38,569 nucleotides of DNA from IMG/VR virus record IMGVR_UViG_3300032017_000003, positions 1 through 38,569 of that record. One strand, written 5' to 3'. Made by a program: the position numbers and the translations under genes. This DNA comes from a virus. Below are positions 26,191-33,706 of the stretch, piece by piece. Positions within the stretch are counted from its first letter, which is position 1; each line of letters starts with the position of its first letter. Under the pieces are notes generated by a model. It saw only the letters and a program-made list of their open reading frames with translations. It made no database searches and was not told the origin of the DNA.

Positions 26191-26480
26191 AAACCTTCTC
26201 CATCGTGGTTCCCCCGCAGCGCATCGTGATCCCGCGCCTCGGCAAGGACTACACCGTCCCCGAGCGACACCTGACGCTGACGGTCAACGAGGACGGCAGC
26301 GGCTCCTGCGTTGCGCCGCCGGACAACGAGCCGATCTCGCTCGACGCTGAAGACGTGCTCGAGCTGTGCCAGAAGTGCGCGAACTGGGAAGACCTGCGCG
26401 CCGAGCATTTCCCACACATCGGTGCTGGCGGTGTGACGACGCAGGGCGGCGGCGGAAGCGGTGAAGAGAAACCAAAGTGA
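26187..26480 (+). CDS. hypothetical protein (97 aa)
   Basis: ATGA coupled to the tailspike gene. Confidence 0.5.
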   Translation: MKTFSIVVPPQRIVIPRLGKDYTVPERHLTLTVNEDGSGSCVAPPDNEPISLDAEDVLELCQKCANWEDLRAEHFPHIGAGGVTTQGGGGSGEEKPK

Positions 26481-26860
26481 GGCTAGCTGTCGTCCTGCTG
26501 CTGATGGTCTACGGAGTTCACTACCTGAACGATCCGATTGCAAGCCACTATGCGCCGGACGAACGAATCGCAGCAGCCAAGGCGTGGGAGTACATCCTCA
26601 CCAACGCTGGCTACTGTGCTGTTCTGGCTGTTTGCGGGCTGCTTGCTCGAAAGCCTTTGGCATGGCCTGTCATCGGCTGGGGCATGGTTGAGTTCGGCGA
26701 GCGATCGATGTGCAGACTGGCTCGACCGATAGGCGGCGACCCGCCAGAGGTGCCGCTGTTCAGTGGGCTGTGCGGCGTCGAGCTCTACTGGCTGGGGATC
26801 ATTGCGGCGGCTGTCATCGCCATTGCCATGCTGGACAAGTTCACAGGGGGAAAAACATGA
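26477..26860 (+). CDS. membrane protein, about 4 TM segments (127 aa); possible lysis-cassette component
   Basis: Four hydrophobic stretches by eye. It lies immediately upstream of the holin-like genes. Confidence 0.5.
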   Translation: MRLAVVLLLMVYGVHYLNDPIASHYAPDERIAAAKAWEYILTNAGYCAVLAVCGLLARKPLAWPVIGWGMVEFGERSMCRLARPIGGDPPEVPLFSGLCGVELYWLGIIAAAVIAIAMLDKFTGGKT

Positions 26861-27177
26861 GCGACTTCGGACAGTGGGCGGCGGATCTTGCGAAGGAGCC
26901 AGGCGTCGTCGGCGCGATCGGCGCCATCGTCTCCCTTCAATGGATGCCTGGCACCACCTATAAGCAGAAGGCTTTTGCGATCCTGACGGGCGCAGCCGTG
27001 GCCTACTACCTCATGCCGTATGTGCTTGAGGTGATGCTGATCAACACGACAGCCGGGATTCTGATGATGGGGTTCATGTCCGGGGTGCTCGGCCCGAACC
27101 TGCTCGGCAAGGCCTACAGTTACGTTGCAGAGACGACGTTCGGGGAGCTTCTCTCGCGGTTCTGGAGCAAGCGATGA
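26857..27177 (+). CDS. holin-like membrane protein, about 3 TM segments (106 aa)
   Basis: ATG 26857 overlaps the previous stop. Three hydrophobic segments and a charged C-terminus (SRFWSKR). Confidence 0.5.
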   Translation: MSDFGQWAADLAKEPGVVGAIGAIVSLQWMPGTTYKQKAFAILTGAAVAYYLMPYVLEVMLINTTAGILMMGFMSGVLGPNLLGKAYSYVAETTFGELLSRFWSKR

Positions 27178-27467
27178 TCACCTATGTACTCGCGGCCGTC
27201 CTGCTGGCCGTTGCCGCCCTGCTGGCCTGGCTTGTCGTCACTAAGCGGCTCGTGTTCCCGTTGATGTTCGAAGCTGGCATGACGTTGCTGGCGTTTGGTA
27301 TCGCGGCGAACGGCCTGCGCGTGCTGGCTGACGACGCGCCAAATCTGCGCGCCTGGGCGCTGGCTGGCGTCGGCGCAGCCCTGATGCTGATCTCCTACTT
27401 CCGCGAGTCGCGCCGCAAGCCGGAGATCGGGGGGATCGGACGACGCATCATGAGGGGTCCGCGATGA
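27174..27467 (+). CDS. second holin/antiholin-like membrane protein, about 3 TM segments (97 aa)
   Basis: ATGA coupled. Basic C-terminal tail RESRRKPEIGGIGRRIMRGPR. Confidence 0.5.
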   Translation: MITYVLAAVLLAVAALLAWLVVTKRLVFPLMFEAGMTLLAFGIAANGLRVLADDAPNLRAWALAGVGAALMLISYFRESRRKPEIGGIGRRIMRGPR

Positions 27468-27925
27468 ATGACGAGCTCGTCACCTCGAATTTCTGGCTGT
27501 CCGAATTCCTCGCCAGCGACACGGCGACACGGCTCGGGCTCGACAACACGCCTGATGCGGCTGCGCTCGATGCCCTACGCGTCGTCACGATCCCTGGTCT
27601 GCAGTCCCTGCGGAACTGCCTGAGCATGCCGGTGTTCGTCAGCAGCGGATACCGCTCGCAGGCCGTCAATCGGGCGGTGGGAGGCTCGTTCAGCAGTCAG
27701 CACTGCCTTGGCCTGGCCGCCGACCTCAAGTGCCCGCAGATGGGCTCGCCGCTCACCGTCGCGCGCTACCTGCTGCAGCACTGGTCGCACCCGTTCGAGC
27801 AGATGATTCAAGAGGGGTCGTGGCTTCACATCGGATTCCCCGCAGCCGGCGGCAAGGGTAAGCGCGAGGTGCTGACTGCGCACTTCGCTGACGGACGGGT
27901 CACCTACACACCTGGCCTGTCGTGA
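27464..27925 (+). CDS. endolysin, peptidase M15 family (153 aa)
   Basis: SGYRS...NRAVGGSFSSQHCLGLAADL...WLHIG gives the zinc-ligand pattern H..D...H typical of M15 cell-wall peptidases. Confidence 0.85.
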   Translation: MNDELVTSNFWLSEFLASDTATRLGLDNTPDAAALDALRVVTIPGLQSLRNCLSMPVFVSSGYRSQAVNRAVGGSFSSQHCLGLAADLKCPQMGSPLTVARYLLQHWSHPFEQMIQEGSWLHIGFPAAGGKGKREVLTAHFADGRVTYTPGLS

Positions 27926-28344
27926 GCCCGTGGGCCATCCTTGCCGCCGTGCTAGCCCTCAGCGGGGCGCTGGGCGCGTCGTACGTGCAGGGCCGCAGGG
28001 ATGGCAGCTCCGCGGTGATCGCGAGCCAGGAGAAGGCCAGGATAGCAATTGAGTCAGCAGCCTCCGCCGAGCGCGCCAAGAACGCTGCCAACACCTTCCG
28101 CATTCAGGAGAACCGCGATGCAGAGAACATCCGTACTGGCGACCAGCTTGCTGATGCTTTGCGCCGGCTGCGCGTCAGTTCCTCAGTGCGCCCCGCAGCA
28201 GTTCCAGCGTCCGGTGCTGGGGCCTGTCCCGACCGAGAGCTACCTGTCGAGAATCGAGAAGCTCTGCTGCGAATCGGTGCTGAAGCCGACAGACTCCGCT
28301 CCGATTACAGAGCGTGCCGCGAGTTCGTCGACTCGCTGAATTGA
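27922..28344 (+). CDS. i-spanin (Rz-like, 140 aa)
   Basis: GTG overlaps the endolysin stop. It has an N-terminal TM segment (WAILAAVLALSGALGASYV) and a charged helical periplasmic part. Confidence 0.75.
   Translation: MSPWAILAAVLALSGALGASYVQGRRDGSSAVIASQEKARIAIESAASAERAKNAANTFRIQENRDAENIRTGDQLADALRRLRVSSSVRPAAVPASGAGACPDRELPVENREALLRIGAEADRLRSDYRACREFVDSLN
28118..28339 (+). CDS. o-spanin (Rz1-like lipoprotein, 73 aa), fully embedded in the +1 frame of the i-spanin gene
   Basis: MQRTSVLATSLLMLCAGC is a lipobox-like signal. The mature part is Pro-rich. Confidence 0.7.
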   Translation: MQRTSVLATSLLMLCAGCASVPQCAPQQFQRPVLGPVPTESYLSRIEKLCCESVLKPTDSAPITERAASSSTR

Positions 28345-28352
28345 AGATGGTG

Positions 28353-28372
28353 GGCGGAGATGATCCCGCCTT
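28353..28372 (+). terminator. weak candidate terminator after the lysis cassette
   Basis: GGCGG, 8-nt loop, CCGCC, then TT only. Confidence 0.25.
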
Positions 28373-28801
28373 CGACCTTCACCGGTTACTACCCGGCTAG
28401 TCATGTCTTGGTTGATGGGGGCATGACTCCCTCGTTCCATGTGGCCTAGTCGGCAGCCACTCACCGCGCATCATCACTGCGCACGCCTCACCACGCTAGG
28501 TGGATTGACTTGGCGCCACACCAGTCTTTCGGTAGTGCGGAACCTATCACCATCACGACTGCTCCCTTGTGCCTAAGCCTAGAGGCTGTGCAGTGTTCCA
28601 AGAAGCATGCGTGATGGCCCAAGCCTTTCAGCTTGGATGCCCCTCTACGCTCGGGGTGGCAATGGCGACAAGGAATTCGAAGGGTCGTTACTTTACAAAA
28701 TGTAGACCCGACAAGCATTCGCCAAGACACGATGATAGCTGTTGATCACTTCACACATCGCGTTTCGCCGGAATTTCACCGGCTCATCAGTTGGCTTGCA
28801 T

Positions 28802-28820
28802 GCCGCAGGTCCGCTGCGGC
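28802..28820 (-). terminator. candidate terminator hairpin of the leftward arm
   Basis: GCCGCAG, 5-nt loop, CTGCGGC, starting 7 nt after the stop at 28827. There is no U tract. Confidence 0.3.
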
Positions 28821-28826
28821 GCCGGT

Positions 28827-29114
28827 TCAGTCGAACTGATACGGCCCCTGCCGGCCCAGCGCAGTCTTGTCCAGGAACCACGGGTGAGCCAGCGCGATGC
28901 GCAGCGCTTCCCGCTGGTTCGGCATGTCGTTCAGCCGGTTGACGAGTTCCTGGCATTCGCGGAGCGGCTCCCGCGGTGCAAGGTTGCCGACGTTCCAACC
29001 GCACTTCGGGCCGCAGGCCTGGAAGCCGCCAAGCTCGTGCCGCACGAACTGAGGCATGTACCAATCGGTGTCGCGCTGCATGCGTGCGAGATCGCTGGCG
29101 TCAGAGGCTCCCAT
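28827..29114 (-). CDS. hypothetical protein (95 aa), last gene of the leftward arm
   Basis: ATG 29114 overlaps the upstream stop (TGATG), with GAGGGG upstream. Confidence 0.55.
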   Translation of the reverse strand: MGASDASDLARMQRDTDWYMPQFVRHELGGFQACGPKCGWNVGNLAPREPLRECQELVNRLNDMPNQREALRIALAHPWFLDKTALGRQGPYQFD

Positions 29115-29374
29115 CACCACCCCTCGAATTCAGGAAGCCGCTCGAACTGGCGGCGGGTCATGCGCACCTCGGTGACGATGTAGGTGGCGTCATCTTCGGC
29201 GCCATCGCGCATGTCGGGCACATCGTGCAACTCGCAGATGCACCAGGAGCCGTCCAAATCAATGCGCACGAACGTCTCGCGGCGGCCGAACAGCGCGTCC
29301 CACCAGTCGGCCCAGGTGCAACGGGCCTCTTCGAGCACGTGGCCCGGCTTCCACCATTGAATGCTGTTGCTCAC
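29114..29374 (-). CDS. hypothetical Trp-rich acidic protein (86 aa)
   Basis: GTGA coupling at 29374. Confidence 0.55.
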   Translation of the reverse strand: MSNSIQWWKPGHVLEEARCTWADWWDALFGRRETFVRIDLDGSWCICELHDVPDMRDGAEDDATYIVTEVRMTRRQFERLPEFEGW

Positions 29375-29916
29375 GGCTTCTCCTTGGTCATGGCTGCGGC
29401 CAAGTGGTACATCTCGTTCAATGCGCCCCGCACGCGACGAAGCGACTGCATGCCATCGCCGGTTCGGCGACAGATTTCATTGAGAACGCGCATATCTACG
29501 TCAGCCTGAGAAATCAGCTCGCCTCCGATACTGGAAAGTACGACGTATTTGACCGCCTCGGGGTGCATCGATCTAGCACGCCCCGCATCCTTCCTCGCCT
29601 CCTCCAGCTCAGCAGCGAGTCGTGCCACTTCCGTCTCCAGCCGGTCTACGGTGTTCTCGCGCTCGGCAAGGGAGGTGGTGAGGCAGGAGATTTCGGCGGC
29701 CCCGTTCTCGGCGAAAGCTTTCATCGCTGCGAAGTCGTCGCCAGCTTGCTTGAACTGCTCGACGAGGTAGGTGAACAGCGCCGTGTGTGCCGCGACGCTT
29801 TCCTGCCCTCGGTCGCTCTCTTCTTCGAGGCCCTGCAGCGTCTTGTGCACGTGGTGCGCACGTGTCGCCAGCTTGTGTAGCCTCATCGCTTCCACGACTC
29901 TCGGATCAGTGCTCAT
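29371..29916 (-). CDS. hypothetical coiled-coil protein (181 aa)
   Basis: ATG 29916 overlaps the upstream stop (ATGA). Confidence 0.6.
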   Translation of the reverse strand: MSTDPRVVEAMRLHKLATRAHHVHKTLQGLEEESDRGQESVAAHTALFTYLVEQFKQAGDDFAAMKAFAENGAAEISCLTTSLAERENTVDRLETEVARLAAELEEARKDAGRARSMHPEAVKYVVLSSIGGELISQADVDMRVLNEICRRTGDGMQSLRRVRGALNEMYHLAAAMTKEKP

Positions 29917-30239
29917 GAGCGTGGCTCCTTCCACGCTCTGTCGAAGTCCGCCATGGCGAGCGCCGGGGACTTGCCGAAGCCTGCGACACCATCCTGCAGG
30001 TTTTCTCCGTACAGAGCACACCACTGATCGCCGTCAATGCTTAGCGCAGGGCGGTAGATTGTGCTCGGCGCCGTCATGGCGTTGCCGATGTCCCATGCCG
30101 CTTGCTGAGCCGCGCTCTTGACCTGTTCGCATGCGTTGCCGATGGCGTCTCGCGCAACGTCTGCCACGGCAGAACCGATGTCTCCATTGCTGATGCGGCT
30201 GCGAACAGCGTCGTAGGTGGCTTGATACGAATCACTCAT
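29913..30239 (-). CDS. hypothetical protein (108 aa)
   Basis: ATGA coupling at 30239. Confidence 0.6.
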   Translation of the reverse strand: MSDSYQATYDAVRSRISNGDIGSAVADVARDAIGNACEQVKSAAQQAAWDIGNAMTAPSTIYRPALSIDGDQWCALYGENLQDGVAGFGKSPALAMADFDRAWKEPRS

Positions 30240-30442
30240 GATTGGGGCTCCTGCTTGGTGGTGGCAATGGCTGCGGGCGGGATCAGCCGGCCGTCCCAAT
30301 CGCCGCCGGGTGACGGGAACGTGCTGCCGGTGCACCATTTCCAGCCGCCCTCGACGCGCTCCCAGTGACCTCCGCCGAAGGCTGGGGCTCGCGTGCCGAG
30401 CGGCGCGTTCGCGAGCGTCAGCGGCGTGTGCTGCTCAGCCAT
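30236..30442 (-). CDS. hypothetical Gly/Trp-rich protein (68 aa)
   Basis: ATG 30442 overlaps the end of the upstream gene by 8 nt. Confidence 0.5.
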   Translation of the reverse strand: MAEQHTPLTLANAPLGTRAPAFGGGHWERVEGGWKWCTGSTFPSPGGDWDGRLIPPAAIATTKQEPQS

Positions 30443-32285
30443 TGAGTTTCTCCTGAGCTGCGGCCAGGATGGCGCCGCGAGCGGCATGCGCCTTGGCGTA
30501 AGCCTCGCTGGCAAGCCGGCGCACAACCTCTACGGCAATCAAGCCGTCGTCTTGCTCATCGCATTCCTGCAGCAACCTGTGCAGCGGGTATGCGGCCACG
30601 TCCATGTTTCCTGCCAGTGCCTTCCATTCCGAGACTTCGGACTGGAGCCCCTCGATGAATTCGGCCTGCCGCTTAATTTGTGCATCCTTCTCATCGCTCA
30701 GCTCCGCATCCCGGGCGGGAGTGGTGGCGAGACTGAACTCTGCTCGCATGTCGTTCGCGAGCACGGGGTGGGTGGCTTCGACAGCGTCGGCGTAAGCGGT
30801 CAGCGCCACCGCGGCGTGCCTGTCGTGACCCACGTCGAGAACGAAGTATCGGCAGTCGTGGTGCTTGCCGCCCGGCTCCGAGCTGCCGTCCGTGCGTCGC
30901 ACGTCGAACTTCCGATACAGGCCCTGCTGTTCATCCGGCTTCGAGGCATCGTGTTCTGGCGGTTCGGCGCTCGGCTCGGCCGGCACCTCAACCTGCTTAC
31001 GTTCGTCAGCGACCTCGTTCAGCTTCTCGGCGAGAAACCCGAACTCCGAGTCGGTGTATTCGGGCTGGTCGTCATCAGTCGCAACCGATGCCGTCTGGGC
31101 CGTCTCCGATGCGGCACGGAGCGCAAGCAGGTCAGCAGTCTCAACCGGATGCCTGAAGCCGCTGTGCGGCCCTTCGGAGGGGCACCCAAGTTCGTCATGC
31201 TGGCCTCTGCACGCCTCGGAGCAGAAAGCCTCTTCGTCCGGGTAGTCGCCACCGATCCATCCCTCGCCATTGACGTGCAGCTTTCCGCAGTTTGCGCACC
31301 GCAACTCGAATGCGCTCTCCGTCTCGGCTGCAGTCAAGGTGGCGACCTTCTGGCACTCCTGCAGGCACCGCGCCCAGCCTTCGGCATAGCCGTCCTCGAA
31401 TAGAATCGGCGACTGGCCTTTGTTGGGCGGCATCTCCGGCCACCCATCCGTCTCCGATGCGGTCAGGCCGTTGAGCATCGGGGCGGCGGGTGCTGCGGCA
31501 AGCATGGCGCGCCAGTCACGGACACATGCAATCCGCGCATGCGCCGCTTCTCCGGCGTATCCGCAGGCTGCCATCATTTCCAGTGTCGGCTCCGCCGGCA
31601 CCAGCCTCCAGCCCTGCGGGATCGCCACCGGCTGCGCAGCGGGTGCGGGGTGGGCGCCGGGAGCGGCGAGTTCCGTCACAACGAACCCGAGTTCGCTCAG
31701 CATTTCGCGAGGCCACACCTCTGGGTCTTTTGCGACGATCGAACGAGCCAGCTCGCGCAGTTCCTTGGATCGCACAGCATCCCCAGCGGTCTCGGCCCCC
31801 ATCGCATCGCTCTGGTCCTGCATCACATCGTGATGATCGGCAAGCGCGAGGAGACATGCCGGGTTTTCCATCAGCGCACGCTGCTCGAAGATTCCAAGCG
31901 GGCCTGCTGCCGGGCTGGGTGCTGCGGCTGCCCTGAAAAGTTCGTCGTACTTGGCATACAGCTTCGCCACATCACGCAGCGCAAGGGTGTCGTAGTCGGG
32001 GTGGATGCTGTCACCCTCTTTCCAGTAGCCGCTTGCCGCCGTGCTGATGCTGGCCATCTGCATGCGGTACTGCTCGATGCTGTCCAGCGTTGGGGGTGCT
32101 GCGGCTGCAAGAGCAGCGCGGAGGAGTTCGTCAGCCGCCTGGCGGATTGTCAGCACCTTCTGCATCACGGGATCGCGCGGCAGAACGTCGTCGTCGCACT
32201 GCCTGTCGGTCTGCTGCAGCATCACCAGATCGGACAGTGCCACGATGATAGTGCTGTACTGCGCGCGGGCTTCGGTTGTGCTCAT
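30435..32285 (-). CDS. large mosaic early protein (616 aa) with a C-x2-C-x21-C-x3-C zinc ribbon
   Basis: AAGGA lies 9 nt upstream of ATG 32285; the track start at 32294 abuts the ribosome-binding site. Several globular segments are separated by Ala/Pro linkers. Contains CANCGK...AFCSEAC. Confidence 0.7.
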   Translation of the reverse strand: MSTTEARAQYSTIIVALSDLVMLQQTDRQCDDDVLPRDPVMQKVLTIRQAADELLRAALAAAAPPTLDSIEQYRMQMASISTAASGYWKEGDSIHPDYDTLALRDVAKLYAKYDELFRAAAAPSPAAGPLGIFEQRALMENPACLLALADHHDVMQDQSDAMGAETAGDAVRSKELRELARSIVAKDPEVWPREMLSELGFVVTELAAPGAHPAPAAQPVAIPQGWRLVPAEPTLEMMAACGYAGEAAHARIACVRDWRAMLAAAPAAPMLNGLTASETDGWPEMPPNKGQSPILFEDGYAEGWARCLQECQKVATLTAAETESAFELRCANCGKLHVNGEGWIGGDYPDEEAFCSEACRGQHDELGCPSEGPHSGFRHPVETADLLALRAASETAQTASVATDDDQPEYTDSEFGFLAEKLNEVADERKQVEVPAEPSAEPPEHDASKPDEQQGLYRKFDVRRTDGSSEPGGKHHDCRYFVLDVGHDRHAAVALTAYADAVEATHPVLANDMRAEFSLATTPARDAELSDEKDAQIKRQAEFIEGLQSEVSEWKALAGNMDVAAYPLHRLLQECDEQDDGLIAVEVVRRLASEAYAKAHAARGAILAAAQEKLNG

Positions 32286-32304
32286 GGTGGTCATTCCTTG
32301 GTGG

Positions 32305-32601
32305 TCAGGAGAACATGCACAGGCAGTCGAACTCGGCGCTGTACCGGATGCCGCATCGCACGAGGTCGCGCAGCTGATCGTCTGTCACGACCTCATTCAA
32401 CTTGTCGCAGTCGACGCCGAGGTAGAACTCGTCATGCTCCGACGCGGTGATGATGTCTCCCGAGAGGTCGGGCAGCAGATCGGCCAGCATGAGGAATGCG
32501 CACAGGTCGGCGCAGCGGTGGCGAGGCGATTCGATGCCGTCGAAGTCGAGGTAGTCTTCATCGAATGCGTCGATGCGTTCTTCAAGAGTGCGGGTGCTCA
32601 T
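32305..32601 (-). CDS. hypothetical strongly acidic protein (98 aa)
   Basis: ATG 32601 has GAGG upstream. By my count it has 16 Asp plus 8 Glu against 8 Arg/Lys. Confidence 0.6.
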   Translation of the reverse strand: MSTRTLEERIDAFDEDYLDFDGIESPRHRCADLCAFLMLADLLPDLSGDIITASEHDEFYLGVDCDKLNEVVTDDQLRDLVRCGIRYSAEFDCLCMFS

Positions 32602-32730
32602 GGTGGTGGTCCTCAGGTAGTAGGTCGCCGTCCCCCGCGCAACCGGGGCTATTGCGCTCCGTCCCCTCACCCCGATTCCCCGGGAAGATGGAGCGCTCAC
32701 GTGGCTTCACGGACAGCGGGTGATCTTGGG

Positions 32731-33465
32731 TCAGCGGTTGTCGTCAAGACTCCCGTCGTCGTATTCCTGCGCGAAGCTCTCGACCAGCCGAGCATTGAAT
32801 GCGTCATCGCTCTTGTCGTACAGGATCTGCTCAAAGAACACATCCGGCTTCGATTCGAGCAGGAAGTGCGTCGCGCAGGTCCATGCCTTCGCTTCGTCCT
32901 TCGCCTCGGGTGTCATGCGTTCGCTGCGGTCGATCGCCGCGAGGTGCGGGCACTTGCGGCATTCCTGTCCGAGCGCACACCTCAGATGATTGTCGACAAG
33001 TTTCGTCGCCGGCCGCGGATCATGTCCGCACATCTTGTAAGAATCCGGCATGCCGCGCTCGCGCTCGTACTGGAACAGCAGCACCATGCGCGGAACCTCG
33101 TCGCTGATCTTCATGGCCGCATACATCATTCGCGGCCATTCAGGCTGTTCGCCCGGTGGCGTCGCGGTGCGCAGTCGATCTCCTTCTGCATTGCAGGCTG
33201 AATGCCATGCGTTGTCGCCACAGCCTCGCTGATCGGTGCCTCGGTTGGCGCGCTCCAGTCGCATGCCGCGCATATACATCGCGCCTTCCTTCAGCTGCTC
33301 AAGCATGTTGCCGCGGTCGTGTGCGTAGCGACGCAGATGAATGCCAGCCCATAGGCGATCCTTCTGCTCCGGCGTCATCTTGTCTTGGTCCATGCCGGCC
33401 CAGCGCCACAGCTCCTCGTGGTCGATGCGGTTTGCCAGTGCTTCAAGCTCTTCGGGCTTCGCCAT
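32731..33465 (-). CDS. hypothetical protein (244 aa)
   Basis: ATG 33465 is preceded by GGAGAG. The N-terminal extension in the track has low third-position GC. Confidence 0.65.
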   Translation of the reverse strand: MAKPEELEALANRIDHEELWRWAGMDQDKMTPEQKDRLWAGIHLRRYAHDRGNMLEQLKEGAMYMRGMRLERANRGTDQRGCGDNAWHSACNAEGDRLRTATPPGEQPEWPRMMYAAMKISDEVPRMVLLFQYERERGMPDSYKMCGHDPRPATKLVDNHLRCALGQECRKCPHLAAIDRSERMTPEAKDEAKAWTCATHFLLESKPDVFFEQILYDKSDDAFNARLVESFAQEYDDGSLDDNR

Positions 33466-33479
33466 GTTCTCTCCGTTGC

Positions 33480-33614
33480 TTAGGCCTTCGGGCCATGTTG
33501 ATGTTCTCTCGCTCGCCGAATCTGGCGAATGAGCCATTGCATGCCAAGCCGCTTCAGCTTCTCCCACTCGGGTGTGGGGATGCGGATTGATCTCGGGTTG
33601 TCGCGTTTTTCCAT
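33480..33614 (-). CDS. small basic protein, ribbon-helix-helix-like (44 aa, not in the ORF track)
   Basis: My own translation is MEKRDNPRSIRIPTPEWEKLKRLGMQWLIRQIRRAREHQHGPKA. Third-position GC is about 66%, against about 47% for the overlapping tracked frame. The start lies 6 nt after the candidate -10. Confidence 0.45.
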   Translation of the reverse strand: MEKRDNPRSIRIPTPEWEKLKRLGMQWLIRQIRRAREHQHGPKA

Positions 33615-33620
33615 TCGAGT

Positions 33621-33649
33621 ATGGTAGTACAGAACGTACTACACAGCAA
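33621..33649 (-). promoter_or_regulatory. candidate internal leftward promoter (TTGCTG, 17 nt, TACCAT)
   Basis: -35 at 33649..33644 and -10 at 33626..33621 on the minus strand, in the 92-nt gap after recT. Confidence 0.45.
33624..33642. promoter_or_regulatory. operator-like perfect palindrome GTAGTAC-N5-GTACTAC
   Basis: It has 7-bp arms, fills the promoter spacer and overlaps the -10. Confidence 0.55.
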
Positions 33650-33706
33650 GGACTTTTTACTCAGGCTCCGACCACTCGACGCCACGCTCTGCGCCGAATG
33701 CGGAGA

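Larger units (their letters stand above)
28345..28826. other. 482-nt lower-GC region with no convincing ORF, between the convergent arms; multiple stem-loops
   Basis: Tracked ORFs here are Cys/His/Arg-rich with no ribosome-binding sites. Hairpins: 28399..28428 (7 bp), 28466..28482 (5 bp), 28619..28636 (6 bp), 28767..28783 (5 bp), 28802..28820 (7 bp). Confidence 0.6.

Noticed and set aside
28345-28826. tRNA gene, attP core or solitary CRISPR-repeat-like unit in the region with no convincing ORF
   Set aside because: I found no T-loop (GGTTCGAATCC-type) with matching acceptor or T stems. There is no integrase anywhere to use an attP. Resemblance to CRISPR repeats is limited to fragments such as GTGTTCC and GTGGATTGA, without the expected hairpin spacing.
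33624-33642. LexA (SOS) box
   Set aside because: The palindrome is GTAGTAC-N5-GTACTAC. It is not the CTGT-N8-ACAG pattern of proteobacterial LexA sites.
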